From assembly GCF_009914755.1 (NCBI RefSeq), contig NC_060930.1: DNA of 64,000 bases. The stretch is one strand, 5' to 3'. This DNA comes from the human T2T-CHM13v2.0 reference genome, Homo sapiens. The position numbers were made by a program, and so were the translations under genes. Shown piece after piece: positions 44,345 through 57,081 of this stretch; positions within the stretch are counted from its first letter, which is position 1; each line of letters starts with the position of its first letter. The notes under the pieces are model-generated. The model had not been told where the DNA came from and ran no database searches. It saw only the letters and a program-made list of their open reading frames with translations.

Positions 44345-46250
44345 CAGGAGAATATCTCATTGCACTTTCGCTAATTTGAAAAGTCTTATAAATTCAAATC
44401 AGGATTACTTTTACTGTACACTAAGGCGGTTCCTAAGATGAAATCCTTGAGTTAGAGACATAATGGCTGATGTCTACAAGCTCAGGTTGGGGAGTCAGGA
44501 GGATAATGACACCTTACAATTTTACCCCTTCCTTCCAAAGGTAAGGCCTCCTCTGGCCACTTTAGCACATGTGTGGGAGACCACTGCTACAGCTCCTTAC
44601 CTCTGGGCAACAGTGTAAACCTTTATAACACCAAGAGGCATGTCCTGGATTCTCAGAGTATTAGCATATTTGCTATAAGGAAACACTTCAGTCTCTGCAG
44701 CACACTACCCAATTAGCTTCAAGAAGATGACTGTTTTAACAGTAGTATGGATTTCATCTAATTTTCAAAGCAAATATCAAAAATACTAAGTCCTTCAAAC
44801 TCTCTATATTACATACCTACTGTCTTTAATAAAAGATCATGTGATTTTTCTCATATTCAGAAATTCCCTTTTCTGCTATGAAACATTCACTGATCCCAAT
44901 ATTCATTAAGACCCATTCTTGACATTTGAAACAAACCTTTTTTAAAGCTAAAGACTAAGTCTCATAACAGCCCTCATTTATTTTTGCATTAATTGGTGGG
45001 TAGTTGACTTTAAAAATTGGCTTTAAACCCACATAGAAATCGAATTTTGTAAAGGCTTAATGACATTAATGCATATAATTTACAATCCACACAAAAGCTT
45101 TTGTCTCTTGTGGTCCCCTTTTTACTTCCCTTGATTCTGCAGTTTTATAATGATAAGCATTATAAAAGTGCCCAGACAGCTAAAGAGATACTTCCTGAAT
45201 CCATATTTGGGTGTACAAAGGGAAACATGCTGCCAATTAAAAATGCAGTAGAGCCCACTATTGTTGATTTATGGCTGTGGAGGACATAACTTTTTCTCAT
45301 TTTGATTATTCAATTTGGATAACAACCCAGTTGCTATGTGAACTAACTTGATTTTCCCCTTTGATGTGCAATTCTTCTAACACCATCATTTGGCATACTG
45401 ACTGATGATTGGATAAATTTGCTCGACTTTTACTATGAATCATTTAAATTACTCCTTTGCATAAAGGTTTAAATTTGCTTTGGAGGATGCATTAGGGAAT
45501 TATTTTAAACACTGTTTTTGTTTTTTTATGATATTGTCTTACTTTCTGATATTGTCTTTTTTCCCTCTCAAGGTTATCATCGTTCCCCTTTCACTTTACT
45601 AAAGTACAATAAGACACACCTTCCAAACTGAATAGATGGAGGGCAGGGAAAGTGGAGCAGCTAGAAATGGAATTCTCCCATCTACCTCTGAAACCTGAAC
45701 AATAACAACTCCACCCCTCTGAGGACCTGGACCATTTGGTATTCTAGGTTTTGGCTGAATAGGTTGGATCAGAAATTGATCAGATCTTTTATAAAACTAT
45801 AACTCCAACAATCCCCAAAGCCTAGAAATTCATATGCTGCATGCCACAGCAAAGCCCTAAGATCCATTTCTAATTTCCTAAGAAGAGCCTGGGTCACAGA
45901 GTCACACCAAAAGGAGTAGAAACCAAGGCCCATCTTCAGGCAGATCTACAAAACCACAGGATTAGACACAATAAACATGCAGCTACAACAGAGATCCTTC
46001 TCCTCTGAAATCCTATCTGTCAGAAAGTCCTCACCAAAGTCTCTTGGTTAAACAACAGAAGCACGTGCATTATATCCAGGAAACTGCTACAAAACAATCG
46101 TATATTACCTGGAAGGATCAAAAATGACATCAGAGGAGGAGATTTTTTCCCTCTCCTATTCAAACTGCCTGTGGATTGATTGGACGTTAAGGAACTGTGC
46201 TATCCAATACAGTAGACACTAGACACGTGTAGTTATTAAATACTTAAAAC

Positions 46251-46712
46251 ATTTCTGCATTAGTTTGCTGAGGATAATGGCTTCCAGCTTCATCCATGTC
46301 CTTGCAAAGGACATGATCTCATTCCTTTTTGTGGCTGCACAGTATTCCATGGTGTATATGTACCACATTTTCTTTATCCAGTCTATCATTGATGGGCATT
46401 TGGGTTGCCCATTGATGGGCATCCATGTCTTTGCTATTGTGAATAGTGCTGCTTATCCTCAGCAAACTAATACAGGAACAGAAAACCAAACACCGCATGT
46501 TCTCACTTATAAATAGGAGCTGAAAAACAAAAACATATGGACACAGGGAAGGAAACAACACACACTGGGGCCTGTCGGGGGAGGACCAGTTGGGGGAGAG
46601 CACCAGAATAAATAGCTAACACATACCGGGCTTAATACCTAGGTGATGGGTCAATCCAAACCACTATGGCACACATTTGCCTATGTAACAAACCTGCACA
46701 TTCTGCACATGT
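46251..46712 (+). mobile_element. 5'-truncated, 5'-inverted L1 (L1PA8-PA16 age range)
   Basis: 46251-46452 is ORF2 C-terminal sequence on the minus strand ([21 protein letters not shown]). 46453-46712 is the ORF2 end plus 3'UTR on the plus strand (GGGCTTAATACCTAGGTGATGGG). Confidence 0.9.
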
Positions 46713-46832
46713 CTTGATAATGTTTATATTGATTACATGCAGCAATGAAATCTTAGATATATTGGGTTTTGTAAAAATCTGTTATAAAATTATTTTCACC
46801 TATTTCTTTTTACTTTTCTAACAGAACTTCGC

Positions 46833-47088
46833 TTTTTTTTTTTTTTAAACAGGGTCTTGCTCTGTCATCCAGGCTGGAGTGCTGACATCACAGCTCACTG
46901 CAGCCTCAACCTCCTGGGCTCAAGCAATCCTCCCACCTCAGCCTCCTGAGTAGCCATGCCACCACGCCTGGCTAATTTTCGCATTTTTTTGTAAAGATGG
47001 GTTTCACCATGTTGCCCAGGCTGGTCTCGAACTTCTGAGCTCAAGCAATCTTCCCGCCTCAGCCTCCCAAAGTGCTGGGATTACAGGC
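46833..47088 (-). mobile_element. AluJ with small internal deletions
   Basis: Poly(T), CTCCTGGGCTCAAGCAATCCTCC; lacks the first ~20 nt. Confidence 0.92.
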
Positions 47089-50000
47089 TAATGTGGCTTT
47101 TTTAATGTAGAAAAGTTTAAATTACATAATGCAGCACATATTATATGTCTATTGGACAGTGCTATAATAGAATATGAGTGAACTTTTGCCTTATACCCTC
47201 TAGAATCTGAGCATGAGAGCAGATAGGATAAAAGAGGGGTTAGGTAAAGAGGTGAGCTTGAGGTGGCATCCTAGGAGCTAGAAAAGGTGAGATCCAGGGG
47301 CCCAGGGCAGTCTGGATGTGCCCTTTTAGTAGTAGAAGTCCCCATGCGAGAGGATCACAGAGGGAGGAGAAGGGGGCTAATGGGAACTAAAGAACCATTT
47401 TGCCAATGTTCGGAGCTAGGCCAAAGTGTTCTCAGGTTCAGCTGGCAGCAGAAAGAAGATTTTGATAAGCATCCCAAACTTGCAGAAGCATCCTTAATTA
47501 TTAGCATCCTTCTAAATGGCACTCTTGAGATTTGCCAATCATACAGAAGAATTCTTTGGTTTTGTTGCCTTTTCAGAATGGCCTCTAGGTTGAATTTATT
47601 CCAGGCATCCATATGCTCAAAACATATGGAAAAGAGAAAAAAGAAATGTTTTCCAAAGTATTATTAAATTTTACTTCTAAAGAAATATTTTCTTATTATA
47701 GGATTTTTTTCAATGTTTTCTCTTAAACATTGAAAGAAAAAATAAATTTTGGAATTTTTACCCTACTGATATCGGTGGTAAAAGAGTTTGATTTTTAACT
47801 ATTAATTACAAAGAATAAAAATGCAATATTTCCTTCTAGGGCTTATGGAGTTAAATATTAAGTTTCTGCACTTGGAGAACTAGAATTCTAAATTTAAAAA
47901 TGAGACAAGGCAAGAAATGTTGCTTTAAGTAACGATGACTAGCCATAGGTAATGCTACAGAGTAAGAGAAATTTCCTCCTAAGGACCCTTACTCCTTCAA
48001 TTTGCCTTTCTCTGCCACCAATTAATGCTTTCAGAAATTCTTGTCCCCGTTTTCCATTCCCCTTTCCAAAGATTTAGAGACCTTCTCTTGGCCCAACCTC
48101 ATGTGTGTTACAGAAATGAAGTCTGACAAACTTACTCCAAAGAGATTATTTTGGTAAAAGATGTATCACATAGTCACTTGGATACAAGAGAAGCCTTCTG
48201 GACACCTGTTCTGTGACTGCAAACCTACACTCATCCAATCTGCCTCCAGACGATGCTAACGCTATGAACACAAACATGCTGACAGGCAGTCACATTTCCA
48301 TGAGATCATATTCATAAGGGTGCATAATCACATGCTATGATGAGCATAATCACAGTGCTAGAAGATGACGTGAGCATTTATGGATTTGGATTAAGTAGTG
48401 TTTTAAAGTCAAAGACCTAAAGGACAGAAACGCAAGAATCCCTATACATAATCATTTCAAGAAACTATAGAATTTAAGCCTGTTTAGTGAAATCAGGAGG
48501 AATTCTACTATCACTGCTGAAAAACTTTATTCCAGGCAGGACATAAAGCCTCTGATTTCTGCTTTTGCCTAAATCTCCAGAAGTACCTACAATGTTCATG
48601 ATGGGAGATGTGTATTCTACCCTCAGGTAACTTGGCAATTAAACTTGAATGTCATTGCTGCCCAATTACTGCCTTCAAATGTGTTCGTTTATTTACTTAC
48701 CCAATTATTTCCTCAACATTCAACTATCTCAAAATTAAAAGTGAAAAATGAAAGTGGAATTTGAGTCACATTCACAACAAGTGAATACTTTAGGCTGAAA
48801 AATATGTTCATATATAAAACAGTCAATTAAATTTGAATTCAGCTGAACCAGTGGACTTTATAAGTCACCCTTAGGGTGGACACTTCTCAGGTAATGGACA
48901 TCCATGCTGAATGTTCTTTTTCATTTTGTTTACAAATGAAACCAAATAGCTTCAAATCCATTAAAAGAGCCAATATATTATGGTAATATATTGTTAAGAG
49001 ACATAATCCAAATGCTTCTGAATATAAATTCTCTGTTATTGGTGTCATTAATATCTGCATGATTCTAGACTTATTTTCATACTTCTTTTTCTTTTTTATT
49101 TTGCCAGAAACACCTGAAATTTAAGAAAATCCATCAAGGAGGATATGCAAAGCAAGAATATTAGGTGTTACACAACCAGAAGACAAGAGCAGAGAGGCAA
49201 AAAGAACCAACATAGAACTAGTAAAAGCAACAGTATAGCCTGGACAGTTCAAGGGATATGCTGACGCTTATATTGCTAAGAAATTTACCATGGTCTAATT
49301 TAACCTTCAAGAACAGCAACAGTTAAGAGCACTACTAGTGGTCTCCTTGAAAGGGCAAGATCGAACTCTATCACAGTCCCTGATCATTTCTAAAACAAGT
49401 TTCCCCTGAAAAATGGAAAGAAAGCTGTGCTTCAAAAAGCTCACTAATGAAACATCCTCTCTCTCTCTCTCTAAGAAAAGAGCTTCACAGGGGGAACCAA
49501 GATAAACATACACATACATACATAATATATCTATCAGGAAAGAAATCCTATTCTCTCCTTCCCATTTTTTTTCTTGCTGCACACCCTTAATAGTATCATT
49601 TACTCAGCTTTAATAAACCTTTCAGATATTTTTGTAAACAAAGGTCATCTAACATAAATTGGTATAATAATTCTTGAATCTGAAAAGGGTAAAATTGTAA
49701 GCCATTCTCCCACAGGACCGTTGTTTCTTAGGCACTGCTTCTCAGCTATTCAATTAAACTAGAAGGCAGAAAAGCACCCCATGCAGCACTTAGTCTTGCA
49801 CTCCTCCTGCATCCAAGTAAGCCTGGATATGCCAAGTTTCTGAGCAATTGATTCAGAACCAATTTGTGGCAAAGAAATGCTCTCCCGCTACTTAGAGTGG
49901 AAAGATCTCTCCATGCACTTTTGTCTAGACAGTCTCAACTACAGGAATATAATGTGTTCGCTGGCCCTACAGTGATTTATTAAATGCCAAATCCATACAG

Positions 50001-51433
50001 CACAGGCACTAAAGCTTAAGAAATGGAAAAACAGCTTACCCAGTGGACTTGTAATGACTTATTAAGATTATGTTGGCAGCAAGACTTAGACAGTATCAGT
50101 AAATAATAGTGAGCTATCAAACAACTTTGGTTGAAATGGTAATGTTTAGAAATATCCCATTTAAGGTGGGGAAATGCATCCGCTGGGAATTAGTGACATG
50201 GAAAATATTCCCATGCAGTGATGTGAAAGAATCTCAGGTCCACTACAGCAATTCTGCTGGGAATGTCAGTTTCCTTTAAAAAATAAAAATAACCCAGAAC
50301 TAAAACTCAGTTTTAAAAAAGAAAGGTACAGGCCAAAATCTACCCAAGAAAAAACAATTTTTTTAACTATAAAAAAGCAAGTACCTTTTTCTATTTTTAG
50401 TTCATAAATCGAAAAAATCAGATGCTTATTATAAAATGTAAAATTGTGTATAAATATATTATTATATTTATATTTTCCATTGAGGATCCTATTACAAATA
50501 GACTGCTTCTCAAAAATTCCCTAATCAAATGCTACATGCCAGCAGACATTTCAAATAATTATAATGGAGAAAAAAAGAAGGTGAAAAAAATGTGTTTTCT
50601 GTTAAAAAGAAAAATCTTGTTTGATGATAAAAATACCTTTTGCTAGATGTTTGCTAAATACAGTTTTTCCATACGATCAGAATCAAGGTATGATGTTACC
50701 AGATATTTATCAATTATCTCAGCTATCCAGCAATGAGAAAAAAAATGTAATTGTTCTTTTGCAAACCATAAAATATACGTTTAAAAGGCAGCATATGATA
50801 CGTGAAACTGACCATTACAGTACTTCCAGCAATATACATTATTCATGAAGGTATTAACTACTACTAATTTCTAACTTATATCAATATAAGAAGCACTATT
50901 GCTAAGAAAATAGATGTTTATTTACTTTCTGTAGAGGATATTATTCAGAAATCATCTAAAAATCCATTAATCTTTAGAGGAAAAAACCATTCTTTTTTAT
51001 CAATTTGATGCAGCCGAAGCAATTTCCTCAAAATAATATATGACTGATTTCCTCAAATTGTTCTTTTTAATATTTAAACATTCATGATATCCAAAAATTG
51101 TAATGAGCTACTTGACAACTATTAGATACATATATTATTTCTCTAAAGTTCTTCAAGTTTTTCCTACGGAAGAAAAACAGGAAGCTGTGAGAGTGCCATG
51201 GGTCTTGTCATTGCCTCGTGCCTCCTGCCCGTCACACTCCATGTTGGAGCAGGCGACCAGAACTGGCCCGCGAGACTTTCTCAAGGGTGTACCAGGTGGC
51301 AGGTTCAAGGCAATTTGAAGTTTATTATTTTGCTATTCCTAAAAGAAACCATTTAAGGGGTGGCACTCAATGAGGTTAAATGAAATTATTGAGGAAACCA
51401 AAATTGAAAAGCCTACTGGAATAAACTTCAGAG

Positions 51434-51507
51434 TCCTGACCTCATGATCCACCTACCTCGGCCTCCCAAAGTGCTGGGATTACAGCCGTGAGCCACCACG
51501 TCACACC
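51434..51507 (-). mobile_element. Alu 5'-end fragment only (~75 bp)
   Basis: TCCTGACCTCATGATCCACCTACCTCGGCCTCCCAAAGTGCTGGGATTACAGCCGTGAGCCACC. Confidence 0.9.
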
Positions 51508-51999
51508 TGAGCTTTTCAAACAGGAAAAAAATTTTAATTCAGGTATTTTAAGTAACATTGGCCAAAACCAGGTATTTTAAGTAAACTTTGGCCACAACCA
51601 GTGTTTAGTGTTTTTTTCTGCTTTTCACAAAGATTCACGTTGGAAAACAACAATTTTAGTTTAATTTTTAGAACTTTAGATTTTAAATTTAAACTGAATT
51701 TAAATTTCAGTGGGATCGGAGGGTGTGCAGTGACAGGAAAAACTATGAGTTGTATTCCAAAAATATTTGGGATACTTATTAGGAATGACCTCAGTACTAT
51801 ATTTTTTAAGTAACAACCTTCTGCGTAATATTACATAATAAGAAAAAACTATACTTTGATTATTTCAAGGTAACAACAGAAAAGTTGACGTTCTGGTGGA
51901 AATTTGTTATGAATGTTATTTATTGGTTGACTAATTTTGAATTTTTTTTCTAATATTTTTCTCTGGAGGCTGAGGTATCCATCAAGATTCTAGAACAAC

Positions 52000-53085
52000 A
52001 GATGGACATTGGCCCATGCTAGGGCAAACACATAACTGTAAAATTTCAGAACACCTGGGACCAAAAAAAAGGCCGATTTCAAATGGCATTTCACTTCTCA
52101 ACGGCAACATTGTTAGAAAGTAATATAACAGTGCCTTCAAAATAAATCCCAACATATAATACTATTCTTAACCAAAAGGATAATCAGGAGTGAATGTGGA
52201 ACAAATTCATTTCCACATATGCAAACTCTCAATCCATTTACCATCCAGGTAGTAAGCTTTCTCATGGAGTTCCCACCAAAATATAGGAGTAAACAAATAT
52301 AGAGGAACACGTGGGACCCCAGAGACAGACAGAAGATCACTCATAGCAAAGCAATGGCAAGGATCCTAGGAGGAAGGAGACGGGAGAAACCCAAGACACA
52401 GGCTGGACAGCAGGTCCAGAGAAGTGAAATGATTGGATAATATATTGAGTTGAGAATTACACAATGGGAGAAGTTAGAAGATAAATTAGTGTAAATTAGG
52501 TAAATACAAAGAAAATTGAGCAAACCTAAAACCAAGCAATTTTCAATCCAAGAAAACAAAAACAAAAAATAGGAAGCAAAATGAGTGATATTTTATATGT
52601 TACCTGGCTCAACAATGATTAGCATTTGCATGATCCTCAGAACATAGACGATCAAAGAGTGATTAAGCTGAAAGTGAAATGTAACTAAATTTAAAGGTTT
52701 CAGCAGGAAGTATTCATGTGTATGGTTAGGGATTATGGTTATAAGATTTAGCAAATAAAAATACAGGGCACCCACTTAAATGTGAATTTCAAATAGTTAA
52801 TAATTTGGGAGGTTCCAAGTATTTTATAGATAGTAGTAGAGGGATGAAAACACCTATATCCTCATATTCCATAGTAGAGAATCAAAACTAAAAAAATCAG
52901 TAAATAGCATTATAAGTCCAATAAGCAAATAGCAACATATTTGAAATGGGTTGCCTCTGACGAGCAAGAAATTATGACAAGGGGGATTCAGGTGGTATTG
53001 TTTATTATACCAATTATATGTTTTTAACAATTTTGTTCTTTCCATGCACATAGAATCCGATCAAAATACAAACTAAATTATTTAA
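52000..53085 (+). mobile_element. HAL1 / ancient L1-like remnant (with MER53 fragment at ~52745-52806)
   Basis: AAATTTCAGAACACC, ACTTCTCAACGGCAACA and CCACCAAAATATAGGAGTAAACAAATATAGAGGAACACGTGGGACCC resemble HAL1; AGATTTAGCAAATAAAAATACAGGGCACCC resembles MER53. Confidence 0.6.
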
Positions 53086-54404
53086 TAACTGAAGCAAATA
53101 TGACAAAATGTTATAATTTGAAAAAGCAGCATACATAGATGTTTATTGTTTTATTCTCAATTTTTTTTCTTGGAAATAATCAGAGCTATCTAAGGAAATT
53201 TCGACAAATATTTAAAGACTAATGTTTTGCAAGGTTTCCATATTATTAAACTATTTGGGATTATCGTGATGAAAATTACGGAATAATTTGCAGTCATGTC
53301 TTTTTATTTACTTATTCATTCCACATATATTTATTGTTTACCTATGATGTTGGAGAAGCAGACAAGGTTACAGCAAATCAGTTTGCTAGCCACAAAACAG
53401 CAAGTATAGACAGATCAACAATGGAAAATTTCACTCCATTCAAGGCAGCTCACGACATGACAAGTCACTCCTCCCTTCCCCAGAGGTCCTACAGACTCAT
53501 ATATTCTTGAGTACAGAAGTGGCACAGGAACTCCTTGAGGGTAGTAACCCACTTCCATTATCTTTAAGGAATCCTTCCCAGTCTGACACAGCCTCTAAAA
53601 CAGTATCTGAAGAGGAGCTCATGAAATTTGTTAAAGGAGTAGATGAAATTAATCAATGAGTAAATGATTGAATAAACTATATTTTAGAGGCTGTGACAGT
53701 TTTCCTTACTGAAAATGATTTTTAAAGTTCATCTAAAAGGCTACTGAATTAACCTTGATGTAATTACTATTTAAGTAATTTTATTAAATAATTTTATTTA
53801 CCATTTAAATAATTGTATTATGTACTTTTAAATGCCACAGAGGTTTTATGATCATTTAAATAATTGTATTATATACTTTTAAATACTGCAGAGGTTTTAT
53901 GACACTGGAATGGAAGAGGAAACAGGGGACCCAGAGGATACCTTAAAGAAACAAACTACAGGACGTGATGGTACAATAGGGGAGAGGAAGAGAGAAAAAT
54001 CAAAGATGTAGCACAGAAAACACTCAGCTCTGGAACCTGGAAAACAGGCGGTCCCGCTAAGAAAAACGGAAATGTAAAAGAACAGCCAGTTTTGAAGGAA
54101 GGCGAGAATTCATTTTTGTGTATATTAATTTATCTATCGTACCTAGGGCCCAGCGACAGTCATGCCGGAAGCATCTCAAATTTTTAAAAATGTAAATGTG
54201 AAAAGCAGACAAGCAGTTCCTGCATTTTGTCATCGCAAATATCATCGATTTGATTTCATGAAAGTCTCTTTTACACAACTCTATTTGAGTTTCTGCCTCC
54301 GTGAGTTCATTTATCAGGCTCAGCCATCACTTTCAGGAGTCATGGGGGACTGCAGCCCCGCCCTTAGTAAACCGGGTAAGTCCGGGCTCGGCTCGCCTAT
54401 GCAG

Positions 54405-54423
54405 GAGTGCCATCTAGTGGTCA
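54405..54423 (-). promoter_or_regulatory. Strong CTCF motif
   Basis: Minus strand reads TGACCACTAGATGGCACTC, a near-ideal core (CCACTAGATGGCAC), within a CpG-enriched non-repeat segment. Confidence 0.7.
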
Positions 54424-55075
54424 GAGAATGTCACTTCAAGCTAGACTACAGGAGGAATAAACAGAAGGGGACCTCAGGAGGAATAAATAGAAGGGGACCT
54501 CAGGGACATTCTGCTTTTGTTTCCAATTTCCAGGCGTGCTGTGACTGAAAAAAAGGAAAAACATTCCATTCATTGCCTAGATATGACTTTATGATAGCAC
54601 GTCCAGTTACAGTGCCAAAAAGTGAAATCCAACGTCTGCTTTTAACGTATTCTTAAATGAGACTGATGTGGTCTAAAGGAGAAAACAGTAAAATCAGCAT
54701 CGCTTTTTATTTTGAAGTTGTTTATATTTGGCAAAGAATGTGTTTGTGGCCATAGACACCATTTGGCTATCTTCAAATCAAGGCAAAGGTTTACAAATAA
54801 CGAATTTGTAAATGTCTCACGTATGAATGGGCCCCTTTTCTTTAAAGTCACGCCCTTCATACGGTCTTATGCATACACCTGATTCTCTCTGAAAAAAGCA
54901 GCCGTTTTGCTGCCTGATGCCCAAAGTCATCCCTTTGTCTCAAAACGTCCAGAACACTTTGTCAAACCTTTAGAGCTATTTATGTTTGTGTCTTATCTCC
55001 CTCGCTAGGCTTTCAGCTTCTTGGGGCAGAGTCCATTTCTGAATCATGCATTAAAAGCTCCAAACAGCTGATTAC

Positions 55076-55250
55076 CAGTGTTTCTAACACCAGGGAATCA
55101 AAGCCTCCTTTCAGAACTCAATACCAGCTGTGGATTTCCTCACCAGAAAATACGCACTGTGCACACAACATGCAAAATTTTGCTCGCACTCTCGGGAACT
55201 TCAGTAGCCCCTGGAAGCCCATTAACATGCTGTTCAGGTTCAGAAACCTG
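55076..55250. mobile_element. MER103C-like hAT MITE
   Basis: CAGTGTTTCTAAC...CCAGAAAATACGCAC...CAAAATTTTGC...CCCCTGGAAGCCCAT...CAGGTTCAGAAACCTG. Confidence 0.6.
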
Positions 55251-55664
55251 ATCCAAAATAAACTTCTGGAACATAGCCTATTCATAAGTTGAAGTATCCT
55301 GTATGGGAAAAACAGGCACGTGTGGAGATACAGAGTAAAGCCTATAAAACTTGACTTCCCCTACATTGTCAACTATTCACCAGAAAAAAGAAAAAAAAAT
55401 CTATTTCTGCTGATTGAAGCCGAAAAAGGCACAGCTCAAACCTGTGGAAATGAATACAATGTGAAAATGCACCATCCAAAGAGCCAGACATGCCCAAGAC
55501 CCCTTCCCGTGCAAGGATACTAAGGAAGGCCTGCTACTCCCCCCAGCCCCACCCTTCAGGGCACTCTGGTGTCCTAGTTATCTGACCTAAGTTTAAAAAG
55601 AAAAAAATCTTTCCCCCTGTACTTGGCAATATTCAAATTTTTCCAAGGTGCGCTTGCTTACACA

Positions 55665-55695
55665 CTCTCTCTCTTTCTCTCTCTCTTTCTTTCTT

Positions 55696-55728
<33 letters not shown>
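55665..55728. repeat. Compound (CT)n(CA)n microsatellite
   Basis: Direct observation. Confidence 0.95.
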
Positions 55729-56865
55729 ATTAGATGAGGGAAATGTCCAAAGCACAAAAATAGATTTCTTACCCTAAATCTGATCTGGCCATGGGTTGAT
55801 TTGGATGGCAAAACTGAGATCTTTTGTTTCTACCTTAAGCCTCCCCCAAATCCCCTTCTCAGACTCAGAGCACGGATAACCTATCCCCAGTTTTGGAGCC
55901 CTCCTTCCTTCCAAGAAAAGAATGAGACCAGAAAACTCAGTGACATCTGAATCACATGCACAAGAGCTCATTTCGATTGATGGGCCCTCCCGGGGGAAGT
56001 TAGGAGAGCTATGTTGGCACTTCCCTCAATCCGTGTCAGGATGTCGATAAAACCACAGACCCCTCACTACCCGCTCTGCACAACGCTTCCTCCTTTTCTC
56101 ATGGAAGTAGAAGTGTCTTCTCTCCACAGGACATTTTGATTTTCCACAGTGTTTTTCAATAGGCTTTTAAAGTATATATCTATCTTCACAGCAGGGTTCA
56201 AATACAAACATTTCATCAGAAGTTAGGCAAATAAAGTTTGGAGAGTTTACAGGAAGAGCATAGCTCCAACCCTCACTCATCAGTTCTGGCACGTCGCAGA
56301 GAGAGAAGATACTTAGTGAACACAAAAGTCGGAGTTCTGAGCCTCATTGTGGTTCTCAAATAACTGAGGCTGTGTTATAGGAGAGATGGTACAACCTTGG
56401 GCAAGAACACTCCATAGGAAATTCAATTTCCACATCCGATAGGGGGCGAGGTTGGGCCACATCAGTGTCAGCTCTGACACTGTTAAGCGGATGGTCATCT
56501 CAGAAACAAATAAAGCAAAGGGAGGTTATGCAGGAGGCAAGGGGAGAGTTGGTGGTCAGCAGATGAGAGCTGGAGAGGGTCAGACACAAACAGGTAAACC
56601 AGAGTATAGACCGGGGCGCTCCTAATATCACCTGGAGCAGGGATGGTTGTCAGGATCATCTCTGGCCAGCATGACACTGGTGTGACATCTTGAAACAACA
56701 TCCAACCAATCCAAGCAGGCACAGTCCCAAATGCGGGATGCACTGCCAAGGCTCAGCCCAGAAAGGAATGACCAGCTGGAACGATCACAAAGAAAACCAT
56801 GTGTAAGCAATGGGAATTTCTCCAGCCTTAATGTTAACATGGGGCTGTATGCTGACTTGGTAAGA

Positions 56866-57081
56866 CAGGACTTCTCAGTCTCAGGACTATTAACACCTTA
56901 GGTTCAAAAATTCTTTGTAGTGGGGGGCTTACCAGTCCATTTTAGGATTCTTAACAACACCCCTGGCCTCTACCCATTAGATGCCTTTTACGCTCCTGTC
57001 ATCCCCAGTTGTGACAACCAAAGCATATTCCAACATTGCCGAATGATCCTGGGGCAAAATTACCCCTGTTGAGAACCACTG
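56866..57081. mobile_element. MER20 (hAT-Charlie)
   Basis: CCCTGGCCTCTACCCATTAGATGCC, CCCCAGTTGTGACAACCAAA, GTTGAGAACCACTG terminus. Confidence 0.88.

Larger units (their letters stand above)
46195..47163. mobile_element. MER33 (hAT-Charlie), interrupted by an L1 fragment and an AluJ
   Basis: Start CTGTGCTATCCAATACAGTAG; resumes AATGTTTATATTGATTACATG...TTTCACCTATTTCTTTTTACTTTT; ends CTATTGGACAGTGCT. Confidence 0.8.
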
